Shown piece by piece: positions 35,559 to 44,979 of a stretch of 64,000 bases of DNA; positions within the stretch are counted from its first letter, which is position 1; every line of letters begins with the position of its first letter. A model generated the notes under the pieces. It saw nothing but the letters and a program-made list of their open reading frames with translations, was not told the origin of the DNA and did no database searches. The position numbers and the translations under genes were made by a program. Origin of the DNA: Candidatus Nomurabacteria bacterium (GTDB lineage: Bacteria; Patescibacteriota; Minisyncoccia; Phycocordibacterales; UBA9973); assembly GCA_052035405.1 (NCBI GenBank), contig JBPOHQ010000008.1, positions 32,893 through 96,892 on the forward strand. Direction: 5' to 3'.

Positions 35559-35918
35559 ATGCCACTAGATAAAAAGAAAATTAAAGAAAAATTAGAAAAA
35601 GAAAGAGATGTTTTAATAGAACAGCTGAAAGATATGGGTAAAATGAACCCAAAGACCGGTGAATGGGAGGTGACTCAAGAAGATTTAGGTTATAAAGATA
35701 CAGACCAGAATGACCTCGCTGACAAATTTGAAGACTTTGAATCCAAAAGTTCAATGATGGAAGTTTTAGAACCTAGACTCAATAGTATTTTAGGAGCGTT
35801 AAAAAACATAAACAAAGAGTCTTTTGGTGTTTGTAAAGTTTGTAAAAAAGACATCGAAGCAGCACGACTTGCAGCAAACCCTGCAGCACGGACTTGTAAA
35901 AAACATTTAGAAAGTTAA
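35559..35918 (+). CDS. DksA/TraR-family C4 zinc-finger protein
   Basis: C-terminal CKVCKKDIEAARLAANPAARTCKKH four-Cys finger and coiled-coil N-terminus. Confidence 0.7.
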   Translation: MPLDKKKIKEKLEKERDVLIEQLKDMGKMNPKTGEWEVTQEDLGYKDTDQNDLADKFEDFESKSSMMEVLEPRLNSILGALKNINKESFGVCKVCKKDIEAARLAANPAARTCKKHLES

Positions 35919-35930
35919 TTTGAATTAAAC

Positions 35931-37484
35931 ATGAGCTTTGCACGGGTTTACTCTGCACAAGTACATCTATTAACAGGAGTCATCGTCACCATAGAGGTGG
36001 ATTTGTCTCGTGGACTTCATGCTTTTAATGTTGTTGGCTTGCCTGATAAAGCAGTAGATGAGGCAAAAGATAGAGTGAGTAGTGCAATAAAAAACTCAGG
36101 TTTTAAGTCTCCAAAAGCTCAAAATCAAAAGATAATAGTTTCTCTGTCTCCGGCGGACCTTAAAAAAGAGGGTCCGTCTTTTGATTTACCCATAGCTCTC
36201 GCGTATATGCTTTCCTCTGGGGATATAGAGTTTGATAGCGAGAAGAAGATATTTTTCGGAGAGCTCGGACTCGATGGGACCCTCCGACCAATTAAAGGCA
36301 CACTACCTCTCGTCCAAGAAGCCAAAAAAGTAGGCTTTGAAGAAATCTACCTACCAATAGAAAATGCTGTTGAGGCAGCTCTCATAGAAGGAGTAAAAAT
36401 ATTTGGTGCAAAGAACCTCAAAGAAGTAGTAGGGCATTTGGATGAGAGTAATAAAAATTTTGAAAATAAAGAAATAAGTAAAATTGAAATTCAACCGAAG
36501 ACAGAAATAGTATACGAAGAAGTTTTTCGTGGTACAGACTTTTCAGATATTCGTGGACAAGAAGGTGCAAAGAGAGGACTTGAGATCGCTGCCGCAGGTG
36601 GTCACAATATCGCAATGTATGGACCACCAGGTACAGGTAAGACAATGCTCGCTCGTGCGTTCTCTGCAATTTTGCCAGAACTTTCGACTGATGATGTTTT
36701 GGAAATTACAGGGATACATTCTATTGTCGGAGCGAATCGTGGAGAGCTCGTGTGCACTCCGCCATTTCGTGCACCACATCATACTTCATCATATGTGTCT
36801 CTTATTGGTGGAGGAACATTTCCAAAACCCGGAGAGGTGACGCTCGCTCACAAGGGAGTTTTATTTTTGGATGAATTTCCTGAATTCGAAAAAAGAGTTA
36901 TTGAAAGTTTACGACAACCACTTGAAGATAATATTGTATCAATTTCTCGTGCTCGTGGTTCTGCGATTTTTCCATCAAATTTTATTTTAGTCGCAGCGAT
37001 GAATCCTTGCCCATGCGGTAACACTGGATCGAAAAATAAAAATTGTGTTTGTAAGCCAAGCGACCTCGATCGATATAAAAGAAAACTCTCTGGACCTATC
37101 ATGGATCGCATTGATCTCTGGGTATCTGTCGGAGATATTGATTACAAAAAGTTAGGTGACGTAGGTACCGGAGAGAAGAGTGAAACAATAAAAGAGAGAG
37201 TGAAGTCTGCGAGAGAAATCCAGAAAAAAAGATTTGAAAATTTTGAAAGAAAGATACACACAAATAGTGAGATGAATGTAAAAGATTTGTCGAGGGTGGT
37301 AAAACTAAAAGACGAGGTCCGAGATCTTCTCGACAAGTCCGCAGAGTCACTTGGACTCTCTGCTCGAGCATATCATCGAGTTATAAAAATTGCTCAGACT
37401 ATCGCTGACCTCGAAAATTCTTTGGAGATAAATTCAAACCACATCCTAGAAGCGATCCAATACCGCCCGAAGGTTAATTTATAA
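35931..37484 (+). CDS. comM: YifB/ComM-family Mg-chelatase-like AAA+ ATPase
   Basis: Lon-like N-terminal domain, Walker A GPPGTGKTMLA, LFLDEFPEF, C-terminal helix. Confidence 0.85.
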   Translation: MSFARVYSAQVHLLTGVIVTIEVDLSRGLHAFNVVGLPDKAVDEAKDRVSSAIKNSGFKSPKAQNQKIIVSLSPADLKKEGPSFDLPIALAYMLSSGDIEFDSEKKIFFGELGLDGTLRPIKGTLPLVQEAKKVGFEEIYLPIENAVEAALIEGVKIFGAKNLKEVVGHLDESNKNFENKEISKIEIQPKTEIVYEEVFRGTDFSDIRGQEGAKRGLEIAAAGGHNIAMYGPPGTGKTMLARAFSAILPELSTDDVLEITGIHSIVGANRGELVCTPPFRAPHHTSSYVSLIGGGTFPKPGEVTLAHKGVLFLDEFPEFEKRVIESLRQPLEDNIVSISRARGSAIFPSNFILVAAMNPCPCGNTGSKNKNCVCKPSDLDRYKRKLSGPIMDRIDLWVSVGDIDYKKLGDVGTGEKSETIKERVKSAREIQKKRFENFERKIHTNSEMNVKDLSRVVKLKDEVRDLLDKSAESLGLSARAYHRVIKIAQTIADLENSLEINSNHILEAIQYRPKVNL

Positions 37485-37504
37485 AAGTGTGTTAGTATCA
37501 AAAT

Positions 37505-38140
37505 ATGAAAAAGAAAATAATTATTTTTGATATGGATGGAGTGCTTTTTGATACAAATGAGATTGCTTCTCGGCACATGTCACTTCGATTCCCTGGTATC
37601 TCTGAAGAAATAAAATTAGAATTACTAACTGGAAATTTTCACGAAGAGTTAGAAAAACTTTCTTTAGAGCGAGTTCAAGAATCAGAAGAAGAAAAACTTG
37701 AAAGACAGGTTAGATATGTACATGAAAAATCACAAGCCCCGATGTATGATGGCATGAAAGAGTTGCTCAAAAAATTGCACGCAGAGGGATATTTTATTTG
37801 TCTGAATACTTCTGCGTGGGAGAGGAACACCTTGCCTCTTTTAGATAGGGTGGGGATAATTAGTTTATTTGATTTCCTTGGGACTGCTGAAGTTTCAAAA
37901 AGTAAATTAGAAAAATTTAAAATTATAAAGGACAAATATGAGGCAGACTTAAAGGACATGCTTTTTATAACGGACACCTCAGGAGACATCAGAGAGGCAA
38001 ACAGTGCTGGTGTTTCTACTGTCGCTGTAACATGGGGTGCACACGATGAAAGTTATTTTACTCGTGAACCATACGAACACCTACTTAAAATAATCCACTC
38101 TGTTCCCGAACTTGAGAGTTTCATAGAGAACTACCAGTAG
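37505..38140 (+). CDS. HAD-superfamily hydrolase (subfamily IA)
   Basis: IIFDMDGVLFDT motif I; LNTS; FITDTSGDIREANSAGV. Confidence 0.8.
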   Translation: MKKKIIIFDMDGVLFDTNEIASRHMSLRFPGISEEIKLELLTGNFHEELEKLSLERVQESEEEKLERQVRYVHEKSQAPMYDGMKELLKKLHAEGYFICLNTSAWERNTLPLLDRVGIISLFDFLGTAEVSKSKLEKFKIIKDKYEADLKDMLFITDTSGDIREANSAGVSTVAVTWGAHDESYFTREPYEHLLKIIHSVPELESFIENYQ

Positions 38141-38476
38141 CGTGTACCAGTTAACTAGTTATTCAAAAATAACCATCTGTTTAACAACATCTTATGTTAC
38201 ACAGGGATGTTAATCATGAATTGATTACCTATAAATGGGGGCATCAAAAAAGTTTTGTGTTACGTGTTTCACAAGAATTAAAAGACATATAAATAAAAAA
38301 GAACCGCTTTGCAACATGATGTGCTGGCAGTTCTTAAGGTTTTCACTTTTGAAGATGTTGTACAATAATAAGAATGTTTATTACTATAAATACCACTGTC
38401 CCATAAAAATTAAGTCCCGTTTTTCCATTTGTGTTATGGAGGGTACGGTGGGCGGGTGGGAAGAAGCATAAGATTT

Positions 38477-38887
38477 TTATTTATACATATAAGGAAATAC
38501 ATTCATCACATAATGCTTGAGCCCAGATATAAAAAGGGGGAGTTTTGCATTAATGTAGTTTCTGTAAGTTAAAACAAGCTCGGAATCCTCACTGGATACT
38601 TCTGTCTTACAGATATAGGCGATTGGTTTACCATCATCTATGTTTGTGTTTACAAAGTGAAGTGTTGCACCGGTGTATACTGGACTATTTTGTTGCCGAG
38701 CAAAAGCGATTGCATCTCCTACTGGATTTGCTCCACGGAAACAAAATGGTTCGTCTAATAAGGTTGGACCAGGATGGATGTTTAAAACTTTTCCATACAT
38801 ACCTAGTGTGCCAATAAGGTACTCGATAATAGCCATATAGGAATCGGATATAATTATATCCACCCCTATTTCGTTTGCTTTTTCCAA
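38477..38887 (-). CDS. Formyltransferase catalytic-core fragment (PurN/Fmt family) lacking the N-terminal Rossmann part; possibly disrupted gene; TTG start in the ORF track
   Basis: VLNIHPGPTLL...FRG...TGATLHFVNTNIDDGKPIA matches the N-10-formyl-THF transferase core (NIHPSLLP...HFV...D.G.II). Confidence 0.4.
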   Translation of the reverse strand: MEKANEIGVDIIISDSYMAIIEYLIGTLGMYGKVLNIHPGPTLLDEPFCFRGANPVGDAIAFARQQNSPVYTGATLHFVNTNIDDGKPIAYICKTEVSSEDSELVLTYRNYINAKLPLFISGLKHYVMNVFPYMYK

Positions 38888-39309
38888 AACTTTTTTTCAA
38901 AAGTCAGTTTAGCAATTTTGCGAGAATCTATATTCTGTTTCGGAAGTTCTCTAAAATGAGAAGGAATATTCCAAACAGGGATTCCTAAATCAAGTGGAAA
39001 AATCCACGGTCCACCATTTTCAGGTAGAAGCGGAAAGTTTCCTTTCAAGTCTTCTTCGGTGTCATCAACAATAACACCTCTAACTTCAACAAGTCCGTGT
39101 AGTATTCCTCCGTGTCTGGTTTCCTTTTTTGTTCTTTCAATGACTCCTTCCATGTATTGAAAGTTGCCGTCTACTAAAATTTTCTGCCCATTGTACTCTT
39201 CGAGAGCTATGTCTCGAAGAGAGGTTAAAAAAAGCACACCCAAAGGTTTGCCAGGAATCACGTCTTGGACAAGTGCTTCTTTTGCGAAGAAAAACAAGGC
39301 TCCTTCCAT
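38866..39309 (-). CDS. Hypothetical ORF overlapping the formyltransferase fragment in another frame; possibly the upstream part of a frameshifted gene
   Basis: ORF track only. Confidence 0.25.
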   Translation of the reverse strand: MEGALFFFAKEALVQDVIPGKPLGVLFLTSLRDIALEEYNGQKILVDGNFQYMEGVIERTKKETRHGGILHGLVEVRGVIVDDTEEDLKGNFPLLPENGGPWIFPLDLGIPVWNIPSHFRELPKQNIDSRKIAKLTFEKKFWKKQTK

Positions 39310-39449
39310 TTTTTTATTTTTAAGTAACGAGTCGGTTTTATCTGCCGAAACAGTTCCCAGAGAGTTCTAGTATTTTCTAAGTTTTTTATATCATATTAAT
39401 ATAAAAAGTAAAGTTTTATGAATATCTTTGTATCTGTTATACTCAAAAA

Positions 39450-40115
39450 ATGATTTTCCCAAAATTAAAAAATAAAGTTTTTGGTTATGTGGATCTAAAT
39501 CTGGAAGCAGAAGAGTGGATAGAGAAAAAAGGTTTGATTGTTTCAGAGTTAGAAAATCCATTGATTGATCCAAAAGTTTGTGAAGAATTTGTGAATGATG
39601 TACATAAAAAATATTCTTTGGATTTTTCTTATGGAGGGTGGATGGAAGATAGGTCTTTTTTATGGAAAGCTGGGTATTTAGAAAAAGAAAAAATGTTTAT
39701 TCATCTAGGTGTAGATATCAATGTGCCTGTAGGGACTGAAGTCGCCACAGATTTTAAAGCAGAAGTATTAAAAATAGACAATGACTATCCTCTCGATGGT
39801 GGTTGGGGCACACATGTTTTTTTAAAGAATTTAGAAAAAGACGTTTGTGTGTTGTACGCACACTTAGATCAAGAAGTTTTTTGTAAGGAAGGGGATGTTT
39901 TAGAAAAAGATACTATTTTTGCAAAAGTTGGAGAAGCCCCTTTTAATGGTAATTGGTTTCCTCATGTACACGTACAAACTATTAGTATAGAGTATTATGA
40001 ACAACTGAAACAAACAAATGATTGGGAACGTTTTGATGGTTATGGACTGAAAAACGATAGTAGAGAAAATGCTCGTAAGCATAGAGATCCTCTAGGGTTT
40101 ATTTCTCTCACTTAG
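39450..40115 (+). CDS. Peptidase M23 family protein
   Basis: HLGVDINVPVGTEVATDFKAEVL, YAHLD, HVHVQ. Confidence 0.75.
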   Translation: MIFPKLKNKVFGYVDLNLEAEEWIEKKGLIVSELENPLIDPKVCEEFVNDVHKKYSLDFSYGGWMEDRSFLWKAGYLEKEKMFIHLGVDINVPVGTEVATDFKAEVLKIDNDYPLDGGWGTHVFLKNLEKDVCVLYAHLDQEVFCKEGDVLEKDTIFAKVGEAPFNGNWFPHVHVQTISIEYYEQLKQTNDWERFDGYGLKNDSRENARKHRDPLGFISLT

Positions 40116-40135
40116 TTTATCCACAGGTGTTTTTG

Positions 40136-40164
40136 TTGACAGTGAACGAGCGTTCACCTATACT
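40136..40164 (+). promoter_or_regulatory. Promoter TTGACA-N17-TATACT whose spacer is a canonical Gram-positive-type SOS/LexA box GAAC-N4-GTTC (gtgaacgagcgttcac, 40142-40157)
   Basis: ttgaca at 40136-40141; palindrome 40142-40157; tatact at 40159-40164. Confidence 0.65.
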
Positions 40165-40251
40165 ATATGCATAGGTCGCTTTATAAAATTTAATAGACCG
40201 AGCCGTGTTTCTTTCTTTGACATACGGCTTGTGTCTGAATAAAAGTAACAC

Positions 40252-40455
40252 ATGTCACAAACACAATATTTAAGTTTCTTAGAAAGAGAGATAAACAAAC
40301 TAAATAAGATTATTGACTATAAAATAATTCATCAAGAAAATTATTCAAAAGAGGCGAGAGACCACAAACTTCTTTTAAAGAAAGTTCGCTATCACTCACG
40401 TTCCCGTTTGAACTTTTTTCAGAGGTTTTTTCAAGTTCAAAAGTTTCAATTTTAA
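40252..40455 (+). CDS. Small hypothetical ORF between the SOS-box promoter and lexA
   Basis: ORF track; basic protein; may be a leader peptide or spurious. Confidence 0.3.
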   Translation: MSQTQYLSFLEREINKLNKIIDYKIIHQENYSKEARDHKLLLKKVRYHSRSRLNFFQRFFQVQKFQF

Positions 40456-40458
40456 TAT

Positions 40459-41025
40459 ATGGAGAATTCGTATCAAGACAAAATTCAAAATTTTTATTCT
40501 AAGAATAAACGAATGCCGACATACTCGGAGATGATGAAGCTTTTCGGATTGAAGTCTAAAAATGCAATTTACAAAATTGTGAATAAATTAGAAGAAGCAG
40601 GAATGGTTGCAAAGGATCATCTAGGAAGACTCATTCCTACACAATCCTTTGGAGAGATTCCTATGCTTGGACTTGTGAAAGCAGGTTTCCCGTCTGATGC
40701 CGAAGAGCAAGTTCTCGACACTATGAGCCTTGATGACCTACTTATAGGGAAAAAAGAACTAACTTATATGCTTGAGGTAGATGGAGACTCGATGATCGAA
40801 GCACATATACAAAAAGGAGACACAGTGCTTGTCGAGAAAACTAATTCTGCAAAAGACGGAGAAATAGTCATCGCTGAAGTAGACGGAGAGTTTACTATGA
40901 AATATTTCAAAACTAAAAATGGCAAAGTCTGGCTCGAACCCGCTAATAAGAATTTTAAAAACATATACCCTACTCAGAGCCTAAACGTAATAGCAAAAGT
41001 AAAAGCGGTGATTAGGAAATATTAA
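40459..41025 (+). CDS. lexA: LexA-like repressor (N-terminal HTH plus S24 peptidase domain)
   Basis: MLEVDGDSMIEAHIQKGDTVLVEK...GEIVIAEVDGEFTMKYF with the Ser-Lys dyad region. Confidence 0.8.
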   Translation: MENSYQDKIQNFYSKNKRMPTYSEMMKLFGLKSKNAIYKIVNKLEEAGMVAKDHLGRLIPTQSFGEIPMLGLVKAGFPSDAEEQVLDTMSLDDLLIGKKELTYMLEVDGDSMIEAHIQKGDTVLVEKTNSAKDGEIVIAEVDGEFTMKYFKTKNGKVWLEPANKNFKNIYPTQSLNVIAKVKAVIRKY

Positions 41026-41049
41026 CCAAAAAATTGTTATAATGAGTAT

Positions 41050-42102
41050 ATGTCTGCAGTTACTGGGTTAAAATCTAATTTAATAAATTTGTCGAACAAG
41101 CGTCCTCTTTCAGGCACTAAAGAATCTCTGAAATTTATTGATTTTTGTGCTGGGATTGGTGCTGGACGTATCGGCTTGGAAAAAAATGGACTAACTTGTG
41201 TTGGATTTTCTGAAATAGACAAACAAGCTGAATTAACTTATAGAAAGCTTTTTGGTGATGAGGAAATAAATTACGGAGATTTGATGAAAATAGACGCAAA
41301 CAAGTTGCCTGATTTTGATATGATGATTGCCGGCTTTCCTTGTCAAAGTTTTTCCGTTATTGGTCAAAGAAAGGGTATGCAAGATGAACGTGGGCAGATT
41401 ATTTATGGCCTTACTAAGATAATGCGTTCAAAAAATCTCAAATACTTTATCTTAGAAAATGTGAAGGGGCTTACTAATCATGAAAAAGGTAATTCACTCA
41501 AGATTATTTTAAACGAATTAGACAGGGTTGGGTATAAAGTTTTCCATAAAGTGTTGAATAGCATTGACTACGGTGTACCGCAAATGCGTGAGAGAATTTA
41601 CCTTGTTGGTATTAGAAAGGATTTAGTGCCTAAAAATTTTGAATTTAATTTTCCAGAACCTCAATCAAAAGTAGACGTAAAACATTACTTAATTGATCCA
41701 AGGGAGTCTGAATTTAAAGAAAATAAAGTTGTTTATGCAACATTTTTAAGATATCTAAAAAATAAGTACAACAATAATCAGTATTCCGTTAAGAGTTTTC
41801 TTAAACAAGAATATGTAATATTGGACACAAGGCAGTCTGATTTAAGGATTTATCATAATAGAGTGCCTACTCTCAGGACAGGTAGACATGGTATTTTATA
41901 TGTAAGAGATGGAAAATTTAGAAAACTATCCGGAGTTGAGTCTTTGTTGTTGCAAGGTTTTCCTAAAGATCTTATTAAGAGAGTAGATGGATATATCAAT
42001 GAAAATTATCTGCTGAAGCAGGCTGGGAATGCTATGACTGTTAACACTATTGAAGCTATTTCTAGAGAGTTGTTTAAGACATTGAAAAAATATGAACAAT
42101 AA
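41050..42102 (+). CDS. DNA (cytosine-5)-methyltransferase
   Basis: Motif I DFCAGIGAG, motif IV GFPCQSFS, ENVKGL, QAGNAM; layout resembles M.MspI/HpaII-type enzymes (specificity not assigned). Confidence 0.9.
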   Translation: MSAVTGLKSNLINLSNKRPLSGTKESLKFIDFCAGIGAGRIGLEKNGLTCVGFSEIDKQAELTYRKLFGDEEINYGDLMKIDANKLPDFDMMIAGFPCQSFSVIGQRKGMQDERGQIIYGLTKIMRSKNLKYFILENVKGLTNHEKGNSLKIILNELDRVGYKVFHKVLNSIDYGVPQMRERIYLVGIRKDLVPKNFEFNFPEPQSKVDVKHYLIDPRESEFKENKVVYATFLRYLKNKYNNNQYSVKSFLKQEYVILDTRQSDLRIYHNRVPTLRTGRHGILYVRDGKFRKLSGVESLLLQGFPKDLIKRVDGYINENYLLKQAGNAMTVNTIEAISRELFKTLKKYEQ

Positions 42103-42871
42103 AAAGAAAAACCAGAAAGAAATGGTGGCTCTTGGCTCAAAAACCGCAAAGGGCGGGTTTGCAAACGAGCAGGACGTTATTAATCGATTTAATAATTGGA
42201 AGACCGATATGATTGCTCAAGAATGGTTAGCAGAAATGAATTACAAAATAGACGATATTGAGTTTGTGCAAGCTTCAAAAGTGAAAGGTCAATATAAAGC
42301 CGATATTCAGGTTAGGATAACTATATTAATAAAACAACAATCTCAAGAGGATGTGCAGAATTTACAGGTGAAGCTCGTGAGTAATCCGCAAGGATTTAAT
42401 CAAATAGATAAAAGATGGGTTGATAAATATGTGGAACTTTGGAATATCCCCGCTGACGTATCAAGGATACTTAAGCTTTTTACTGGTGAAATAGCTTCCT
42501 CAAAAAGCGGTTTAAGAGATCCGCGAAGAATGTTTTTAGATGAAATGAGTGTGTCTGACCAAGATAAACTTATAAAATTTATAGAGGGAAACAAGATCTT
42601 GATTATTTCAGATTTATTAAAAGGTAGAGGGGAATTTTCTGCAGATTGGACATTGGTTATTTTAAAAGTTACAGGAGATGATGCTTGGGTTTTAAGATCA
42701 GTAAATCACGTTATGAATGTTTTTGGTTCAGGTGAAGTCCTAATTACTCGTAAGGGTAGTTTGAATATTGGTAATATTACCATGCAAAGAAAAGGGGGAG
42801 ATGGAGGTCGCAAAACAGCTCAAATGCTTCAATTTAAAATAAATCCTGTCTTGTTATTTGATAGTAAATAA
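42092..42871 (+). CDS. Putative type II restriction endonuclease partner of the m5C methyltransferase (MspI-like?)
   Basis: Start overlaps the MTase stop by 11 nt; C-terminal RKGGDGGRKTAQMLQFK loosely resembles the MspI C-terminus; identity tentative. Confidence 0.45.
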   Translation: MNNKKKNQKEMVALGSKTAKGGFANEQDVINRFNNWKTDMIAQEWLAEMNYKIDDIEFVQASKVKGQYKADIQVRITILIKQQSQEDVQNLQVKLVSNPQGFNQIDKRWVDKYVELWNIPADVSRILKLFTGEIASSKSGLRDPRRMFLDEMSVSDQDKLIKFIEGNKILIISDLLKGRGEFSADWTLVILKVTGDDAWVLRSVNHVMNVFGSGEVLITRKGSLNIGNITMQRKGGDGGRKTAQMLQFKINPVLLFDSK

Positions 42872-42880
42872 ATAAATTTC

Positions 42881-42918
42881 AAAAACAAAAACCCCGATAA
42901 ACGGGGTTTTTGTTTTTG
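42881..42918. terminator. Bidirectional intrinsic terminator (ccccg-ataaa-cgggg flanked by A-run and T-run) between the convergent R-M operon and hup
   Basis: Read directly. Confidence 0.8.
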
Positions 42919-42945
42919 TCTCGAGACAAATAGTTTTTCCTAATA

Positions 42946-43218
42946 TTATTCGACTGCGTCTTTTAGAGCTTTTGCAGGTCGGAATTTTGGAACTTTCTTT
43001 GCAGCAACCTTAACTTGCTCTCCAGTCTTTGGATTACGAGCCATTCTTGCAGCACGTCCTTTTACAGAGAAGATTCCGAATCCAGCGATTGATACTTCAC
43101 CTCCTTTTTTTAAAGTTGCGATGATTGCATCAAACAATCCATCTACGATTTCTTCTGCTTGTACTTTTGTTCCTCCTAGTTTTCCTTGTACCCATTCAGC
43201 TAATGCTTGTTTATTCAT
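42946..43218 (-). CDS. hup: HU-family DNA-binding protein
   Basis: MNKQALAE...GFGIFSVKGRAARMARNPKTGEQVKVAAKKVPKFRPAKALK. Confidence 0.9.
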   Translation of the reverse strand: MNKQALAEWVQGKLGGTKVQAEEIVDGLFDAIIATLKKGGEVSIAGFGIFSVKGRAARMARNPKTGEQVKVAAKKVPKFRPAKALKDAVE

Positions 43219-43395
43219 ATGTTTTATATTTTTATTTTTTAAGTTAACCTAATACTTTTAGAAAGTATTAAGGCAAATATTTTTAATATCTCGACCTATG
43301 CTTACTTATACATTATACAATAAGGGTTTTTTAACGGCAATGATTTTATAAGTTGACTTATCTAATATATGTTGTTTAAAAAATGTATTTTTGTC

Positions 43396-43436
43396 ATTTT
43401 TTAAACGAAAAAGACCTTATTGTAAGGGTCTTTTTC
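43396..43436. terminator. Hairpin with flanking A-run and T-run downstream of rny
   Basis: aaaaagacctt-attgt-aagggtcttttt. Confidence 0.45.
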
Positions 43437-43449
43437 GTTGTTATATAGA

Positions 43450-44979
43450 TTATCTAGCGTATTCAATAATCTTTGTTTCACGGATGAGAGTTACCTTTAT
43501 TTCACCAGGGTATTTAAGTTCTTGTTCTATTTTTAGAGCTATATCTCGAGCCATGAGCTTGGATTCAACATCAGATATTTTCTCAGGGGTAACAAAGATT
43601 CTAATCTCACGTCCTGCTGAGAGAGCATAAGATTTTTCTACTCCTTCAAAGCCGTTTACTAATGCCTCTAATTCTTTTAATCTCTTTAGATAATTCTCCA
43701 CTGAGTCACGTCGTGCTCCAGGTCGTCCTCCGGAGATAGCGTCTGCTGTCTGCACAATGATAGATTCTATCGTTTCATAAGGGTAATCCTCATGGTGAGA
43801 TTTCATTGCGGTCACTATTCTTTCATCTGCACCAAATTTCTGAAGGATTCTCATACCTATTTCGACGTGTGTACCTTGTACTTCGTGGTCGAGAGCTTTT
43901 CCTATATCATGCACTAGTGCTCCAGCTTTTGCTATTGCTACGTCTGCACCGAGCTCTTCTGCAAGCATTCCAGCGATATGAGCCATTTCTATAGAGTGTT
44001 GGAGAACATTTTGTCCGTAACTAGTTCGGAAGTACAAACGTCCAATGATAGCGACTATGCGTGGGTCAAAGTTGAATATTCCACATTCATATACTGCTTG
44101 TTCTCCTTTTTCTTTTATTATCTTATTTATTTCTTCTTTTGCTTTTTCTACAAGTTCCTCAATTTTTGCTGGTTGAATTCGTCCATCTAAAATAAGATTC
44201 TCAAGAGCAAGACGAGCTACTTGTCTACGTACTGGGTCAAATGATGAGATAACTATTGAACCTGGAGTATCATCAACAATGAGTTCAACCCCTGCTGCTC
44301 TTTCAAATGATCGGATGTTTCTACCTTCTTTACCGATAATCTTACCTTTTATTTCATTATTCGGTATAGCGACAGTAGTTACCATAAGGTCTGCTGCAGT
44401 AGAAGAAGCAAGTCTCTGGATAGAAGTAGCGAGTATTTCTTTTGCTCTTCGGTCTAATTTTTCTTCATTGTTGTTTTCAACTTTAACCATACGAACAAGT
44501 AAGTCTTCTTCGTATTTCTTCTCAATCTCTTTCATGAGCTGTTCTTTTGCTTCTTCTTCAGAAAGTTTTGCTACTTTTTCAAGCTCAGCTCTCTTTTCAT
44601 TTTCAATATTTAAGACTTTCTCTTGAATTTTCTTGATCTCTTCGACTTTAAGCTTGATGTTTTCAACCTCTTTATCTATCTCTGTTTGACGACTATCTAG
44701 AAGTTCATCTTTCTTAATAAGTCTTTTTTCTGTCTCTTTAAATTCTTGCTCCCGCTTCTTTTCTTCTTCTGCTACTTTTGCAAGCTTTTCTTCAGATTTT
44801 GCCTTAGCTTCATCTGTGATTCTCTGTGCTTCTTCCTTTGCACCGATCATCATTTGCTTAATGTCTATTTCTATTGAGCGTCTCTTTCCAAGTGCTATGA
44901 AAAGTCGTAGGTAATATCCTATTACAACGCCCAAAAGAAGGAGTATCGCTCCTGTTATGATTATTGCTGTTAAACTCAT
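43450..44979 (-). CDS. rny: Ribonuclease Y
   Basis: N-terminal TM, coiled coil, KH (IIGKEGRNIRSFERAAGVELIVDDTP) and HD (HSIEMAHIAGMLA...VHDIGK) domains. Confidence 0.9.
   Translation of the reverse strand: MSLTAIIITGAILLLLGVVIGYYLRLFIALGKRRSIEIDIKQMMIGAKEEAQRITDEAKAKSEEKLAKVAEEEKKREQEFKETEKRLIKKDELLDSRQTEIDKEVENIKLKVEEIKKIQEKVLNIENEKRAELEKVAKLSEEEAKEQLMKEIEKKYEEDLLVRMVKVENNNEEKLDRRAKEILATSIQRLASSTAADLMVTTVAIPNNEIKGKIIGKEGRNIRSFERAAGVELIVDDTPGSIVISSFDPVRRQVARLALENLILDGRIQPAKIEELVEKAKEEINKIIKEKGEQAVYECGIFNFDPRIVAIIGRLYFRTSYGQNVLQHSIEMAHIAGMLAEELGADVAIAKAGALVHDIGKALDHEVQGTHVEIGMRILQKFGADERIVTAMKSHHEDYPYETIESIIVQTADAISGGRPGARRDSVENYLKRLKELEALVNGFEGVEKSYALSAGREIRIFVTPEKISDVESKLMARDIALKIEQELKYPGEIKVTLIRETKIIEYAR

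Noticed and set aside
38235-38471. 78-aa Cys-rich ORF in the 38.1-38.5 kb spacer
   Set aside because: No promoter or start context and an odd composition. Probably non-coding. The region is flagged as a spacer instead.
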